This document shows positions 45,278 to 54,978 of a stretch of DNA of 64,000 bases, piece after piece. Positions within the stretch are counted from its first letter, which is position 1. Every line of letters begins with the position of its first letter. The notes below the pieces were generated by a model. The model was not told the DNA's origin and searched no databases. It saw only the letters and a list, made by a program, of their open reading frames with translations. The DNA is from Pseudomonadota bacterium (lineage in GTDB: Bacteria; Pseudomonadota; Gammaproteobacteria; JAKAQQ01). The translations under genes and the position numbers were made by a program. Where the stretch lies: the NCBI GenBank assembly GCA_021839245.1, contig JAKCBQ010000005.1:4043-68042 (forward strand). Direction: 5' to 3'.

Positions 45278-46018
45278 GCTCCCCTGATCTTCCGGACGAG
45301 ACTCAAGCTGTCCGTGTGTGAAGGCCCCTCCGTAGCGCTGGTGCTGGCAGCACAGGTGGAGGTCCGGCTGCTGCCCGCCGTTTTGCCCGGAGGACATGGT
45401 GATCGATCCAGTCATGGCTCAAGCACAGACCCCGTCAGTGGCGCAGGAACAGACTGATCGGCTTCGGACACCAATTCCCGCGCAGCCACGCCTCGACCTC
45501 TGCGCACAGCGGAGCGGGGATCCGCGTGCAGTGGCCGTTCTGGCGGCGCCTGCGGGCCAGGCGCTGGGCCTGGCGTGGCCGATAGTCACGTCCGCCGTGG
45601 TTTACAGCGCAGCTCGCGTCTGATTGTGGCCTTGTGCATGCCACGACCGCCGCGGTTTCGCTCTGGTGAGGGGGCTTTCATCAGCGCGTAAATGATGATG
45701 ATCGGCCGCGGCCATGGGTTTCCCCTCCTCCTCTGCCTTCAAAGATTCGCCCACCTCACCGGTTGGTCTCAGGGTCGGCATATCCTCCGTGCCCCGCGCG
45801 CTGTCCAGCGTGAGCGTCGATGTTCCTTCGTCCTATGCGTCAAACGCCATGAAAACACCCGTCCTGTGGGGGTGCAGGATCTTCTCTGGTCCAACGGCCG
45901 CTCCGACATGTGCGAGGGCCGAAGCGTTTGCCGTGATGGACATCGTGGCCTTTCACCTGTGCGGGCTGAGCGGAGGCGTCCGCGCTTCGATCGGATGACT
46001 TGAGTATGAACGGAGCCA

Positions 46019-46107
46019 TGGCGGAGAGGGTGGGATTCGAACCCACGTGACATTGCTGTCCATCCGATTTCGAGTCGGCGCCGTTATGACCGCTTCGGTA
46101 CCTCTCC
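46019..46107 (-). tRNA. tRNA-Ser (anticodon CGA)
   Basis: 89-nt class-II tRNA. Acceptor GGAGAGG/CCTCTCC, discriminator G, encoded CCA. D-stem CCG/CGG. Anticodon loop CTCGAAA. Long variable arm GGACAGCAATGTC. T-arm GTGGG-TTCGAAT-CCCAC. Confidence 0.85.
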
Positions 46108-46145
46108 GCGTCCGGCGTAGGATTTTACCATCCGGCTGTCTATCC

Positions 46146-47324
46146 TTAGAGGGTCGTGCCCTTTTCTGGGGACGGGAAGCGGATGGTTCGGGCGACCAGA
46201 ACGTTGAAGCGTGTTCCGCGCCGGATGATGATGGTGGGAGGGAGATCCTGGTCCCGCGCGAGTAGATCCTGAACCGTCTGATCGAGGGCTTCGCCCGCCG
46301 CCGTGCCTGCGATCAACGGGGTCCCCGACGGGAGGACGAGCTCCTGGCTGGTGTTGTCGGGTAACGCGGCCCCGAGTCCGGCAATGAGAAAAGAGGATCC
46401 GAACATCCGCCAAAAATGCGTGCGGACGAGGTCGTGAAGCCCGGCGCCCCCTCGTTGCCCCGCGGCTTCCATGCCCGGAAGGCGGATGCTGGCTCCGTTG
46501 GGGGTCTCGATCCGGTCGAAACTCACAAAGATGCGCCTCTCGCCCGGTCGTACGCTCTCCCCGTAACGGCCGACGAGGAGCGATCCCGCGGGAATGAGGA
46601 GCGTGCGCTCATGGATGCTCCCGTAAACCGCGCGGCTCGTCCGCGCCTCGACGAGGCCCGAGAGATCACTCACAAGCCGGGTCAGGAGGACGGCGGGGAT
46701 CACGGTCCCGGGGAGGAGCACGTGCCCCCGTGGCGCGGGATGCAGCTGGACCCTACGGCCACGGAGGCTCCGGTCGGCCCCGTGCGTCGTCGTCAGGCGG
46801 TCGACGGGCTCATCGGTGTTGAGCGGCCAGAGTCCGACCGGTTGCGGCAGCGGCAAGGACGGGGCTCCGACGACTCCGTTTTCGTCGTGCGCCCGGAGTC
46901 TGTTTTCTGACATGAACAGTGCGCCGTGAGTGTCGTTCGGAGTTCCGACGTCGAAGGCGAGGATGGGGGCCGCGCGCGCTTGGGCCCGTACGCCGGGGAA
47001 CGCTTTTGGAGACCGAACGCGATGTCGCGCCGGAGGGGGTTTCGCGGTCGTGGGTGGAGGTTGGGCGTGGCGCGGAGATGACGTCACGGGCGGGGAGCGG
47101 GGCGAAGACGTACGTTTGAGACGACGAAGAAATCTCTTCACCGAGGGGCGGGCTAGCCCGCGGAGGGGGGTTCCAACCCGTGTTGGAAGTCTTCTGCCCG
47201 TTGCGCTGTCGAGCCTCCCCTCGACGATCGTGGCCACGATGAGAGCCAGGAGAATGATAGCCAGCGCCCACCAGTGAAGGCGTCGGCTGAGTGGCGGTGG
47301 CGGGGCGAGATCCGGGTCGTTCAT
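46146..47324 (-). CDS. trbI: Conjugal transfer protein TrbI (VirB10 family)
   Basis: N-terminal TM, Pro-rich linker, C-terminal VirB10 domain (...IIIRRGTRFNVLVA). Confidence 0.85.
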   Translation of the reverse strand: MNDPDLAPPPPLSRRLHWWALAIILLALIVATIVEGRLDSATGRRLPTRVGTPLRGLARPSVKRFLRRLKRTSSPRSPPVTSSPRHAQPPPTTAKPPPARHRVRSPKAFPGVRAQARAAPILAFDVGTPNDTHGALFMSENRLRAHDENGVVGAPSLPLPQPVGLWPLNTDEPVDRLTTTHGADRSLRGRRVQLHPAPRGHVLLPGTVIPAVLLTRLVSDLSGLVEARTSRAVYGSIHERTLLIPAGSLLVGRYGESVRPGERRIFVSFDRIETPNGASIRLPGMEAAGQRGGAGLHDLVRTHFWRMFGSSFLIAGLGAALPDNTSQELVLPSGTPLIAGTAAGEALDQTVQDLLARDQDLPPTIIIRRGTRFNVLVARTIRFPSPEKGTTL

Positions 47325-48121
47325 CGCAAGCGAAGGACTTCCACCCGGCGGTGACCGAGGACAAGGACGGCTTGTCGGAAGAGTCCGGGATAGATGATCG
47401 AGCGGCCCACCACGGCGTAGTCGACGAGTTGCGCATGTCCGTGCGTGAGAAGGAAAAGAGCGGGCAGACTGGCCGCATGTCGGCGGAACATGAAGTAGGT
47501 TCTGTGCCCGATGGCGTAGACCTCCTGCGGGCGCCAGCGGGCGTGCCCGCGGATCAGAAAACGCGTGTCGATCCGGGGGGACGGAGGCGGAGGGGCCGGG
47601 TGAACGGGCGGTGATACGGGACGCTCGAAAACCATGAGGGGGCGCGGGGCGCGCCAGCGCACTTCTTGGTCCCAGGGCGACCCGCGGGAGACGCTTGCCA
47701 ATAAAAGTTCGTAGCGGTGTTTGTTGGTGATCAGGGTGGCCGATGTCTCAAGACCTGCGCGCACGGGCTTGACGAAAATGTCCTCTGCGTCGCGTGCGAC
47801 TATCCAGCGGACGGTGTCTCCGAGGGCAAAGACGAGTGGGTGTTCTCCGGGTCGTAGGGCGATGTCGGTGATCGCACCAGCGAGGGTGCGAACCGTGTAG
47901 ATGCGCCCGTGACGGTAGCGGTAAACGAGCACCCGCGCGCCGGCCGCTGGGGTGCCGGGGAGCGCTCGCCCGTGGGCGCGCGCGGGGGCTTCACCCAACA
48001 CGAGGAAAAGAGTAAACAAGCCCGTAAGGACAAGTTCAGAGTGTTTTCTCAAGCGTAAAGTTCGTGACATACAAACCGAGAGGATCGAGCAGCAGCGTGC
48101 GCCGATGACGCGGGCGGGCAA
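47321..48121 (-). CDS. trbG: Conjugal transfer protein TrbG (VirB9 family)
   Basis: VirB9/CagX fold with RIYTVRTLAGAITDIAL. Start uncertain. The 5' region overlaps the trbF 3' end. Confidence 0.8.
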   Translation of the reverse strand: MPARVIGARCCSILSVCMSRTLRLRKHSELVLTGLFTLFLVLGEAPARAHGRALPGTPAAGARVLVYRYRHGRIYTVRTLAGAITDIALRPGEHPLVFALGDTVRWIVARDAEDIFVKPVRAGLETSATLITNKHRYELLLASVSRGSPWDQEVRWRAPRPLMVFERPVSPPVHPAPPPPSPRIDTRFLIRGHARWRPQEVYAIGHRTYFMFRRHAASLPALFLLTHGHAQLVDYAVVGRSIIYPGLFRQAVLVLGHRRVEVLRLR

Positions 48122-48800
48122 GTGTGTAGTTGAGTGTCAGGAGCCAGCTCGCACGCCGTTCACGATTCCCGCCGTCCGGGCGGGTGACCGTCTTGAGTCG
48201 GAGGATCGCCACCCCCTGAGGTAGGAGGCTGACCGCCCGCAGGTGGACCGTGCGGACGAGTGCAGGATCCTGCCGTAGGCGCGTGAGAGGTGCGCTGCGT
48301 GTGGCCCAGGCCTGGAATTCCCCGACCGCCGCCCCCCGCACGAGACGGTAATCGCGCGTGAGATTCCGGGTTGTGAGGCCGGCATCGAGTGTCAGAAGGC
48401 GGATCGCCCAACGAGCAAGAAAGTAACGCAGGACGACCGCGTGGACGCGGCGTGCCGGCCGGGTCAGAACGAGGCTTGTCCGCCCGGACGGGTGGGCGAC
48501 GACGACGTAGGGGCGATAGCGCACGGTCGGAGGGCGTGCCAGCGCCGCCCAGGAGAGAAGAACGAGCGCAAGCGCTTGGACGAGCGTGAGGATAAAGAGC
48601 CTGTTGCGGGTAACAAGAACCGCACCGTAGCGTTCGAAGTGGCGGGCGCTTACTTCTGGGCCGAGACGGGCGTGCGGAGGAACCGCCGGTGGAGGAAAAG
48701 ATGCGCTCACAGGCGGAAGAGCGCGACAAACAGGAGGCGGATGAGGTAGCTCACGGTGGCCGTGCCCCCCAGGAGGACGACAAAGGGTTGGTCTTTCCAT
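48036..48800 (-). CDS. trbF: Conjugal transfer protein TrbF (VirB8 family)
   Basis: ERYGAVLVTRNRLFILTLV aligns with the TrbF N-terminus (NERYGSYIARERNWRLMAF). ATG at 48800 chosen. The ORF tool allows 48839. Confidence 0.8.
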   Translation of the reverse strand: MERPTLCRPPGGHGHRELPHPPPVCRALPPVSASFPPPAVPPHARLGPEVSARHFERYGAVLVTRNRLFILTLVQALALVLLSWAALARPPTVRYRPYVVVAHPSGRTSLVLTRPARRVHAVVLRYFLARWAIRLLTLDAGLTTRNLTRDYRLVRGAAVGEFQAWATRSAPLTRLRQDPALVRTVHLRAVSLLPQGVAILRLKTVTRPDGGNRERRASWLLTLNYTLARPRHRRTLLLDPLGLYVTNFTLEKTL

Positions 48801-48884
48801 CGGCGGTGAAGTTCGGCACCGAAAAGGTGCGCCAGGCACGGCAGAGAGACGTCCCGACGCGGGAGAGAGGGAGCGCGCACCGTG

Positions 48885-49961
48885 CTAGCCTGCAATCCAA
48901 TCGGTGGCCCGACCTGCAAGGCGCATCCCTCCGCTCCAGATGCCTTGACCGCTCGAACCCCTCCCGGACAAAAGATGCTGCACGATCGACGGAATCTGAC
49001 GCAGCAAAAGCAGAATGAATCCCACAGCGAGAAGCACCGCGCAGTCGTAGAGAAGGAGCGAGATGGGCGCGACGAGCGCTTTGACAGGACCGTGACCGTG
49101 GAGGAGGGTCTTCTGCCCGATGACTACGGTTTCGTGGAGTGCGAAAGTCAGCACAGGCACGATGAGCGCGACGATGACTGCGGCAACGATTTTGTAGAAC
49201 CCGACGCCGAGGAGAAAGCGGAACCAACCGTGTGCCAATTCGGAGAGGTAAGGAACAAGGAGACAGATGATCAAAAGCGGACCGAGCGCGACGGCGACGG
49301 CAGTGAGCGCCTCCGCCATGAAATAGATCCCGAGAAACCCGAGCCAGGCGGCGAGGAGCGCGACGAGCGCCAGACCCAAAAGGATCGACCCGAGGAGCAC
49401 AATCCACAGCACCGCCGCCGTTCGACGAAGGTCCCATCCCAAAGCGGGAAGATGGCGAAGGGGGAGTGCACGCCAGAGCTCTGCGACGGCGTGGAGAAAC
49501 GCTCGGGAGGCAACCCTGACGGGAGCGAGGGCAAGCCCCGATCCGTGCGTGTGCTCTACGAGAAGCGTGTTGGCCACGGTGTCGAAACCACCGTCGAAGG
49601 CGTGAAGGAGCGGCCCATAATCGTGAAGCACCCAGGCAACGAGCCCCCAAAGAAGGATAAAACGAACCGCCGAGGCCACCGTGCTCTCGAGACTCGCGGG
49701 ATGCAGCGTGACGGCAAGCCCGCCGAGTGCGAGCATGAGCGATGTCAGGAGATAAAAAAGCGGGTGGGGCCCGGCCAGGACCAGCCGTCTCATCTTGCGA
49801 GCGAGACGGAATCCGCTTGCGCCTGTGGCGTGGATGAGGTGAGCCAGAAGCTGAGGGAGAGAAACGGCGAGACGGAGCCCGTCCCCAGAAGACGCGGAGA
49901 CCGCAGCGGTGATGTGTGGGTGTAGGTCGACACTAAGGACGCTGGCGAGAAGGGCGCTCAT
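48885..49961 (-). CDS. trbL: Conjugal transfer protein TrbL (VirB6 family)
   Basis: Polytopic membrane protein of about 358 aa in the canonical position between trbJ and trbF. Confidence 0.8.
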   Translation of the reverse strand: MSALLASVLSVDLHPHITAAVSASSGDGLRLAVSLPQLLAHLIHATGASGFRLARKMRRLVLAGPHPLFYLLTSLMLALGGLAVTLHPASLESTVASAVRFILLWGLVAWVLHDYGPLLHAFDGGFDTVANTLLVEHTHGSGLALAPVRVASRAFLHAVAELWRALPLRHLPALGWDLRRTAAVLWIVLLGSILLGLALVALLAAWLGFLGIYFMAEALTAVAVALGPLLIICLLVPYLSELAHGWFRFLLGVGFYKIVAAVIVALIVPVLTFALHETVVIGQKTLLHGHGPVKALVAPISLLLYDCAVLLAVGFILLLLRQIPSIVQHLLSGRGSSGQGIWSGGMRLAGRATDWIAG

Positions 49962-50776
49962 TGATGAGCTTCGAATGGGGTTGTTGCGAGCCTGAGGCGT
50001 TGGGCAAGGGTGCTGTTTGCGGTGGTGGCCAGGAGTCGGCTGAGAAGTGCTCGGTCGCGGCGCTTGAGACGGCGGTAGCGGGAGAGAATTGCCCGGTCGA
50101 GAGCCGCGCGGTGGCTGCGTCCCCGAGCGCGTCGCTCGGCATGATGGGCGAGAAGCGCAAGTTCGGCGGCGTCCGATGCCGTGAGTGTCCCCATGTGGTC
50201 GTTGAGGAGTTCAAGTTCCTGCTTGAGAGACCCCGAGACATCGAGACGGGCCTCGAGCAAGCGCAGGCGGTGGTAATCGGAGGCCACCGAGGCCAAGAGG
50301 CGCCGATCGAGGAGGACGCTGTGCTCGGCAGCGTGCTCTCGTTTTCGCAATCCGCGATCGAGGTTCTTTTCGTATCCGCTCCAGCTTATCCGTGCACTCG
50401 CGAGCCGGCGGTTAACGGCGAGCAGACGGTGGTAAGCGGCGTTGACCGATCCGCGTGTCCGGCGGAGAGCGGTGAGAAAGTGTTGGTAGGATCGGATTTG
50501 GTCATCGAGAGCACGCCCGCCGGCAAGATCGATGAGCGTGCGACCGGGATACGAGCGCCACTCCGCCAGTTGAGCCCGGAATTCCTCTTCGAGCGTGAGC
50601 ACCGTTTCCGCTTCGGCCTCAACCTGCTGAATTGAGTTGAGTGCGGTCGTTGTGTTGCGCATGAAGTTCATCGGGTCGAAGACGGTGCTTCCCGTGGCAA
50701 GAGCATGGGCGCAGGGCGCTTCGACGAGAAGCAGGAGCGTGAGGACGGACGACAGGACCGCCGGTTTAAGAGTCAT
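49958..50776 (-). CDS. trbJ: Conjugal transfer protein TrbJ (VirB5 family)
   Basis: Signal peptide plus coiled-coil periplasmic protein. Position between trbE and trbL. Confidence 0.78.
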   Translation of the reverse strand: MTLKPAVLSSVLTLLLLVEAPCAHALATGSTVFDPMNFMRNTTTALNSIQQVEAEAETVLTLEEEFRAQLAEWRSYPGRTLIDLAGGRALDDQIRSYQHFLTALRRTRGSVNAAYHRLLAVNRRLASARISWSGYEKNLDRGLRKREHAAEHSVLLDRRLLASVASDYHRLRLLEARLDVSGSLKQELELLNDHMGTLTASDAAELALLAHHAERRARGRSHRAALDRAILSRYRRLKRRDRALLSRLLATTANSTLAQRLRLATTPFEAHQ

Positions 50777-53162
50777 GGTTCATGCTCTCGAGGTACCGGG
50801 TCGCCCAGGCCTCTCCGCCCCGACGGGCCTCCTCGAAACGTCTGAGTGCACGGGAGTCGGAGCGGAGATGGGCGAGAAGCGCGGGAGGGAAGCGGACGTC
50901 CAGGACATGCCCTCCGCGCGGTGTGCGGACGAAATAGTGGCGGTGAGGGGTGGCCTGCGCGATCAGGTCGAGATCGCTCGTCCCGAGTCCGAGAAGTTCC
51001 CTGTACAGATGCTGCTGAGCATGAGCGTGGGGGTTGGGCAGAAGAATGCGGGTCGGAGCGTTCTCGAGGAGCACCGACGCGGCGGGGCTTCGGGCGATCT
51101 CGGACAGCGACTGGGTCGCCAGGATCAGGCAGGCGTTGCGCTTGGCGAGCGTGCGCAGCCAAGTCTCGAGGTGTGGAGCGAACTGGGGATCGGTGAGTGC
51201 CGCCCATGCTTCCTCGATGTAGATCAGAGTGGGTTGCCCGTCAAGATCGAGGCGGATCCGCTCAAAGAGGTAGTCGAGAAGAAAGCGAGCGGGCCCCGGC
51301 CGCCCAAGTAACGTGCCGAGATCGATGGCGGTAAAGGTCCCGAAAACGAGTCGATCCTCGACGTGATCGAAGAGTCCTCCCGAAGCTCCGCGCTCGAGCC
51401 AGGGGGTGAGTCGAGCGGCCAGTTCACGCGGCAAGAGTTGGGCCAGGGTGAGAAGACGACGCCGGTCCTCAGGAAGATCTGCCATGGCTTCAAGCGCCTC
51501 GGCGAGACACCGTTCGGCTTCGGGTTCTCGGGTTGGATCCTCGGCTCCAAGAAGTCCAAGGATCCAACGCAGGAGCCAGGCTCGACTTCCTTCACGCGCG
51601 AGCAGCTGGAGCGGATTGAGTGTCGGGGTCCCCGTCTCGTTCTCAAGATCGAGGTAGCTTCCCCCCTGAAGCACCGTGGGGATGAGGCACGAGTGATCAC
51701 GATCGAAAATATATGTGCGGCCACGGTACTTCTGCCACGAAGCGATGAGAAAATTCACGAAGACACTTTTCCCGCTGCGGCTTGGTCCGAGGACGAGCGT
51801 GTGGCCCAGGTCGTCGACATGGAGGTTGAAGGAGGTGAGCCCTCCGCGTGCGGTGCGGAATGTGGCGAGGGCGGGGATGGGCCGCCCAACCTGCCGGGTG
51901 AGGTAGGCATTTTGGGGCTGCCCGGCATCTTCTCCGGACGTCGGGGCGAGATCGGCGAGGTTGGACGTTCCGACGAGCGACCAACGAACCGGTTCCCACC
52001 ACTGTCCCGGAAGTGTTCCCGCCCAAGCGCCGAGCGCGTGGAGCCTTTCGCGAATGCAGAGCATTCCTGCCCGGTGCAGGGCGGCGACGGCCCCTTGGGC
52101 CGTCGCTTCGGCTTCGTCGGGGTCGCGTCCGTAGCAGACCACGGTGACGTTGACGTATCCGAAATGCTGGTGGGCAAGGCTGGCTTGGGCACGGACGGCC
52201 TCTTGGACAGAGGCTTCGTGCTGCGGACGGTCGCTGGCGCCGTGTTCCCGGGTCAGCGCCTCGCGGAGGTAGCTGCGCCAGCTTCGTGCCAAGAGCAGAT
52301 GATGACGTTGTACCTTGGAAATCCAAGCCTCGGCTTGCGCGTTGGGGATCCGGCGGAACGCCAGCGAGAGGCGCAGCGTCCCGCTCAGGGTGAGGAGCTC
52401 ATCGAGACTGCCGGGGCGTGTCACCGATTCTCCTCCCCGAGGCCATCCGCGCAGGGAGAGGACGACCCCGTACCGTTGCTCAAGAGGGCCGCTCCAAACC
52501 AGTGTGCCCCGGGCGATATCGAGAAACGAATCGGCCAAGGCGTCGTCGAGGTAGGCGCCTTCGGCGAGAGTGACTTGGGGGCACATCTCGATGCCAAGGC
52601 GATCGTGAAGGAACCCTGCGAGATCGGCTCCCGTGAGAGGGCGCCAGCGAAGCTCCGGACAAAGGTCGTTGAGTACGGCGATCTCGGCGTCGTGGCGGGC
52701 TATCTGCTCGAGCAGCGCCGATTCTTCGAAACGGGCCAGCGACCTGTGACTGAGTGGGGTGAGGAATCGCCGTCTCAGACGCGGCGGTCGACCGTGCGTT
52801 GGCTCCTCCCCCCCACCCGGGGCGCCGAACGGGGCGTCGGGCGGGGTGATCAGGCTGAGATGGTGCACGTTTTGATAAGGGGTGGGGCAGCGCAATGATT
52901 CTGCGTGCAGTTCCTCAAGACGGGCGCTCACCGAACCGCCACGGTCGTTCGTGTGGGGGTTCGGAATTGTGGCAGGGTGGCGATCGACGCTCCACCAGAG
53001 CGAGGTGTTGTCGCCGAGAAGTTCGAGCGCCCGGTCCAGACGCTCTGTGTGGCGGTCGCGTGCACCTTCTTCCCCCGTCCAGAAATCCATCCCCTCGAAG
53101 GCGAGCACGCTGAGGAGAGAGCCGTCTTTGAGGAGGATGTGCCGTGTATCGATCAAGAGCAT
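50766..53162 (-). CDS. trbE: Conjugal transfer ATPase TrbE (VirB4 family)
   Basis: Walker A GPSRSGKS. About 800 aa. Start set at MLLIDTRHILLKDGSLLSVLAF by alignment with TrbE N-termini. The ORF extends to 53384. Confidence 0.9.
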   Translation of the reverse strand: MLLIDTRHILLKDGSLLSVLAFEGMDFWTGEEGARDRHTERLDRALELLGDNTSLWWSVDRHPATIPNPHTNDRGGSVSARLEELHAESLRCPTPYQNVHHLSLITPPDAPFGAPGGGEEPTHGRPPRLRRRFLTPLSHRSLARFEESALLEQIARHDAEIAVLNDLCPELRWRPLTGADLAGFLHDRLGIEMCPQVTLAEGAYLDDALADSFLDIARGTLVWSGPLEQRYGVVLSLRGWPRGGESVTRPGSLDELLTLSGTLRLSLAFRRIPNAQAEAWISKVQRHHLLLARSWRSYLREALTREHGASDRPQHEASVQEAVRAQASLAHQHFGYVNVTVVCYGRDPDEAEATAQGAVAALHRAGMLCIRERLHALGAWAGTLPGQWWEPVRWSLVGTSNLADLAPTSGEDAGQPQNAYLTRQVGRPIPALATFRTARGGLTSFNLHVDDLGHTLVLGPSRSGKSVFVNFLIASWQKYRGRTYIFDRDHSCLIPTVLQGGSYLDLENETGTPTLNPLQLLAREGSRAWLLRWILGLLGAEDPTREPEAERCLAEALEAMADLPEDRRRLLTLAQLLPRELAARLTPWLERGASGGLFDHVEDRLVFGTFTAIDLGTLLGRPGPARFLLDYLFERIRLDLDGQPTLIYIEEAWAALTDPQFAPHLETWLRTLAKRNACLILATQSLSEIARSPAASVLLENAPTRILLPNPHAHAQQHLYRELLGLGTSDLDLIAQATPHRHYFVRTPRGGHVLDVRFPPALLAHLRSDSRALRRFEEARRGGEAWATRYLESMNHDS

Positions 53163-53215
53163 CCAGGGAACGAGCTCGCCAAGCGGACGGCCCTCACGCG
53201 GTGGTCGGGCGAGTC

Positions 53216-53536
53216 TCAGCACAATGTCGACACCGGGGCGAACCCTTCCGGGCGGAAGCCGCAGCGACGAAGCCCCGCCCACGGTATGTAACGGTCGGCT
53301 TGTCGGACGTAGCGAAGGTACACGTTGCGCATCTGGGGATCGTGGCGTGCAATCCGCATGAGAAGCAGGTGGTTCGCAACCCACAACGGCGACAGGAGAT
53401 ACCAGTGCATCCCGAGGGTCAAGCCGGTCGCCAGCACAAGGTGCGCGAGTGCGAGATCGCGTTCTGCACCCAGGAAGAGTAGGGGTTCGCTAAGAACGCA
53501 GTACAGCGGACTACGGCGTGCGGATGCTGTGCTCAC
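53216..53536 (-). CDS. trbD: Conjugal transfer protein TrbD (VirB3 family)
   Basis: RHDPQMRNVYLRYVRQADRYIP matches TrbD (KSDPKMRHVYLRHRRYKPYYP). Start is a guess (GTG). Confidence 0.72.
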   Translation of the reverse strand: MSTASARRSPLYCVLSEPLLFLGAERDLALAHLVLATGLTLGMHWYLLSPLWVANHLLLMRIARHDPQMRNVYLRYVRQADRYIPWAGLRRCGFRPEGFAPVSTLC

Positions 53537-53540
53537 AGAA

Positions 53541-53843
53541 TCAAAATCGGAAGAGTGCCAGCCAGCTGCTGACTGCGAAGACCAGGCTGAGCCCAAAAGC
53601 GACACGAATGAAGAGAGCAAAAAAGCCACGGACTTCCCCGAACGCGATCAGGAAGCCGAGGACAATCAGCAAAATTGTGGCGATGAGACGAGCCGTGGGT
53701 CCCTGGAGATCGGCCACGATGGTTTCGAGCACGCCGTCCCAGGGGAGCCCACCTCCCGCAAAGCTTCCTTGGGCGTAGGCGCGAGAGAAAACCAGGGGGA
53801 GCATCCCGGATGTGAACAGAACGAACGAACGGCGAGCGGTCAT
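53541..53843 (-). CDS. trbC: Conjugal transfer pilin TrbC (VirB2 family)
   Basis: Signal sequence plus two hydrophobic helices. ATGA overlap with the trbB stop. Confidence 0.72.
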   Translation of the reverse strand: MTARRSFVLFTSGMLPLVFSRAYAQGSFAGGGLPWDGVLETIVADLQGPTARLIATILLIVLGFLIAFGEVRGFFALFIRVAFGLSLVFAVSSWLALFRF

Positions 53844-54913
53844 AGAGGAGTCTCCTTCGAGGTGGGATCGGGGTGTCGTGTCGGTCGTGCCTCGTGCAAA
53901 GGCCACAGGGGAACCAGACGGTACGCACCGTCGTCGGTCAGCGCGACACGCACGAGCTCGCTCACTCGTCTCTCGCCACCTAGACGTTGAAGATGGACGA
54001 CGTGACCGAATGCGGCGGCGACAGCGCGGCGGATGGCCACGTGGGGCCAGCCGGTTCCGGCGGTCAGCACGAGGGTCTCCAGGCGGTGAAGAGCCTCCCC
54101 GGCGCTGTTGGCGTGGACTGTGAGCATTGTTCCACGGTGCCCCGTGTTTGCCGCTTGAACGAGGTCAAACGCTTCGGCGCCCCGGGTCTCGCCGAGGATG
54201 AGCCGGTCGGGGCGCAGGCGAAGCGCTTGGCGAACGAGAAGCCGGAGATCCACGCCGAAAGTGTCGTGCGCCAGGAGACGAATCCAGTTGCCACGGTCGA
54301 GTTCGAGCTCGGCCGTGTCTTCCAGGAGCACGAGACGCTCATGTTCCGGTACGGCGGCGACGAGTGCGTTGAGCAGGCTCGTTTTCCCGCTCGAGGTTCC
54401 TCCCGAGATCAGAAGGTTCTCTCCACAAGAGACGAGGCCGGTAAGAACCTCTTCGAGAGAACGCCCGGGAGTTGTGACGGGCGGGCGCCTGGGACTCGCG
54501 ACGGGTCCGCCGAAGCAAAAATCCTCGAGCCGGGTCTTGCGGCGCGGGCGGCGACGAAACGCGAGGGCATCGCCACGCGCGGCAACGGGGTGGAGGACCC
54601 CGGAGACTCGCCAATCATCGTGGTGGACGTCGAGCAAAGCTTCAGGCCCGTCTTCGCGAACATCGCGCCCGTTGAGGCGCGCCAGGAGGATGAGGCTGCT
54701 GCGTACCCCTTGAGCGGTAAGCGTTCCATTCCAGCGGGTCATTCTTCCAGAGCGCTCGATATAAATCTCCTCGGGGGTGTTGACGACCACCTCGTCGACG
54801 GTCTCGTCACGCAAGGCCGGGAGAATCGGGCGGAGGAGGACCTTGAGGGTCTCGCGCGCGTTTTCTTCGGGCGAGGCCGGGTGGGTTGCGAAGGGTGTGC
54901 GGAAGCGAGCCAT
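53840..54913 (-). CDS. trbB: Conjugal transfer ATPase TrbB (VirB11 family)
   Basis: Walker A ISGGTSSGKTSLLNAL. VirB11/GspE-type hexameric ATPase. Confidence 0.9.
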   Translation of the reverse strand: MARFRTPFATHPASPEENARETLKVLLRPILPALRDETVDEVVVNTPEEIYIERSGRMTRWNGTLTAQGVRSSLILLARLNGRDVREDGPEALLDVHHDDWRVSGVLHPVAARGDALAFRRRPRRKTRLEDFCFGGPVASPRRPPVTTPGRSLEEVLTGLVSCGENLLISGGTSSGKTSLLNALVAAVPEHERLVLLEDTAELELDRGNWIRLLAHDTFGVDLRLLVRQALRLRPDRLILGETRGAEAFDLVQAANTGHRGTMLTVHANSAGEALHRLETLVLTAGTGWPHVAIRRAVAAAFGHVVHLQRLGGERRVSELVRVALTDDGAYRLVPLWPLHEARPTRHPDPTSKETPL

Positions 54914-54978
54914 GGCGACTATTGCACACGCTTGGAGACGTTCCTGCGACAGGGAATCACGGCCGTTTCGGACGTGGT

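Noticed and set aside
45396-45623. 75-aa ORF and several other small ORFs in the 740-bp gap between pntB and tRNA-Ser.
   Set aside because: No ribosome-binding site, no recognisable motif, and overlapping ORFs in several frames of comparable quality. More likely non-coding DNA (see the tRNA finding).
48882-49925. 347-aa plus-strand ORF, highly charged (D/E/R/K-rich), antisense to trbL. Similar long antisense ORFs at 51363..52898, 53987..55114, 11530..12777, 36709..38163, 30898..32289 and 26436..27734.
   Set aside because: Each is the mirror frame of a well-supported gene in about 66% GC DNA where stop codons are rare. Compositions are non-protein-like (poly-R/E, low complexity). Treated as shadow ORFs.
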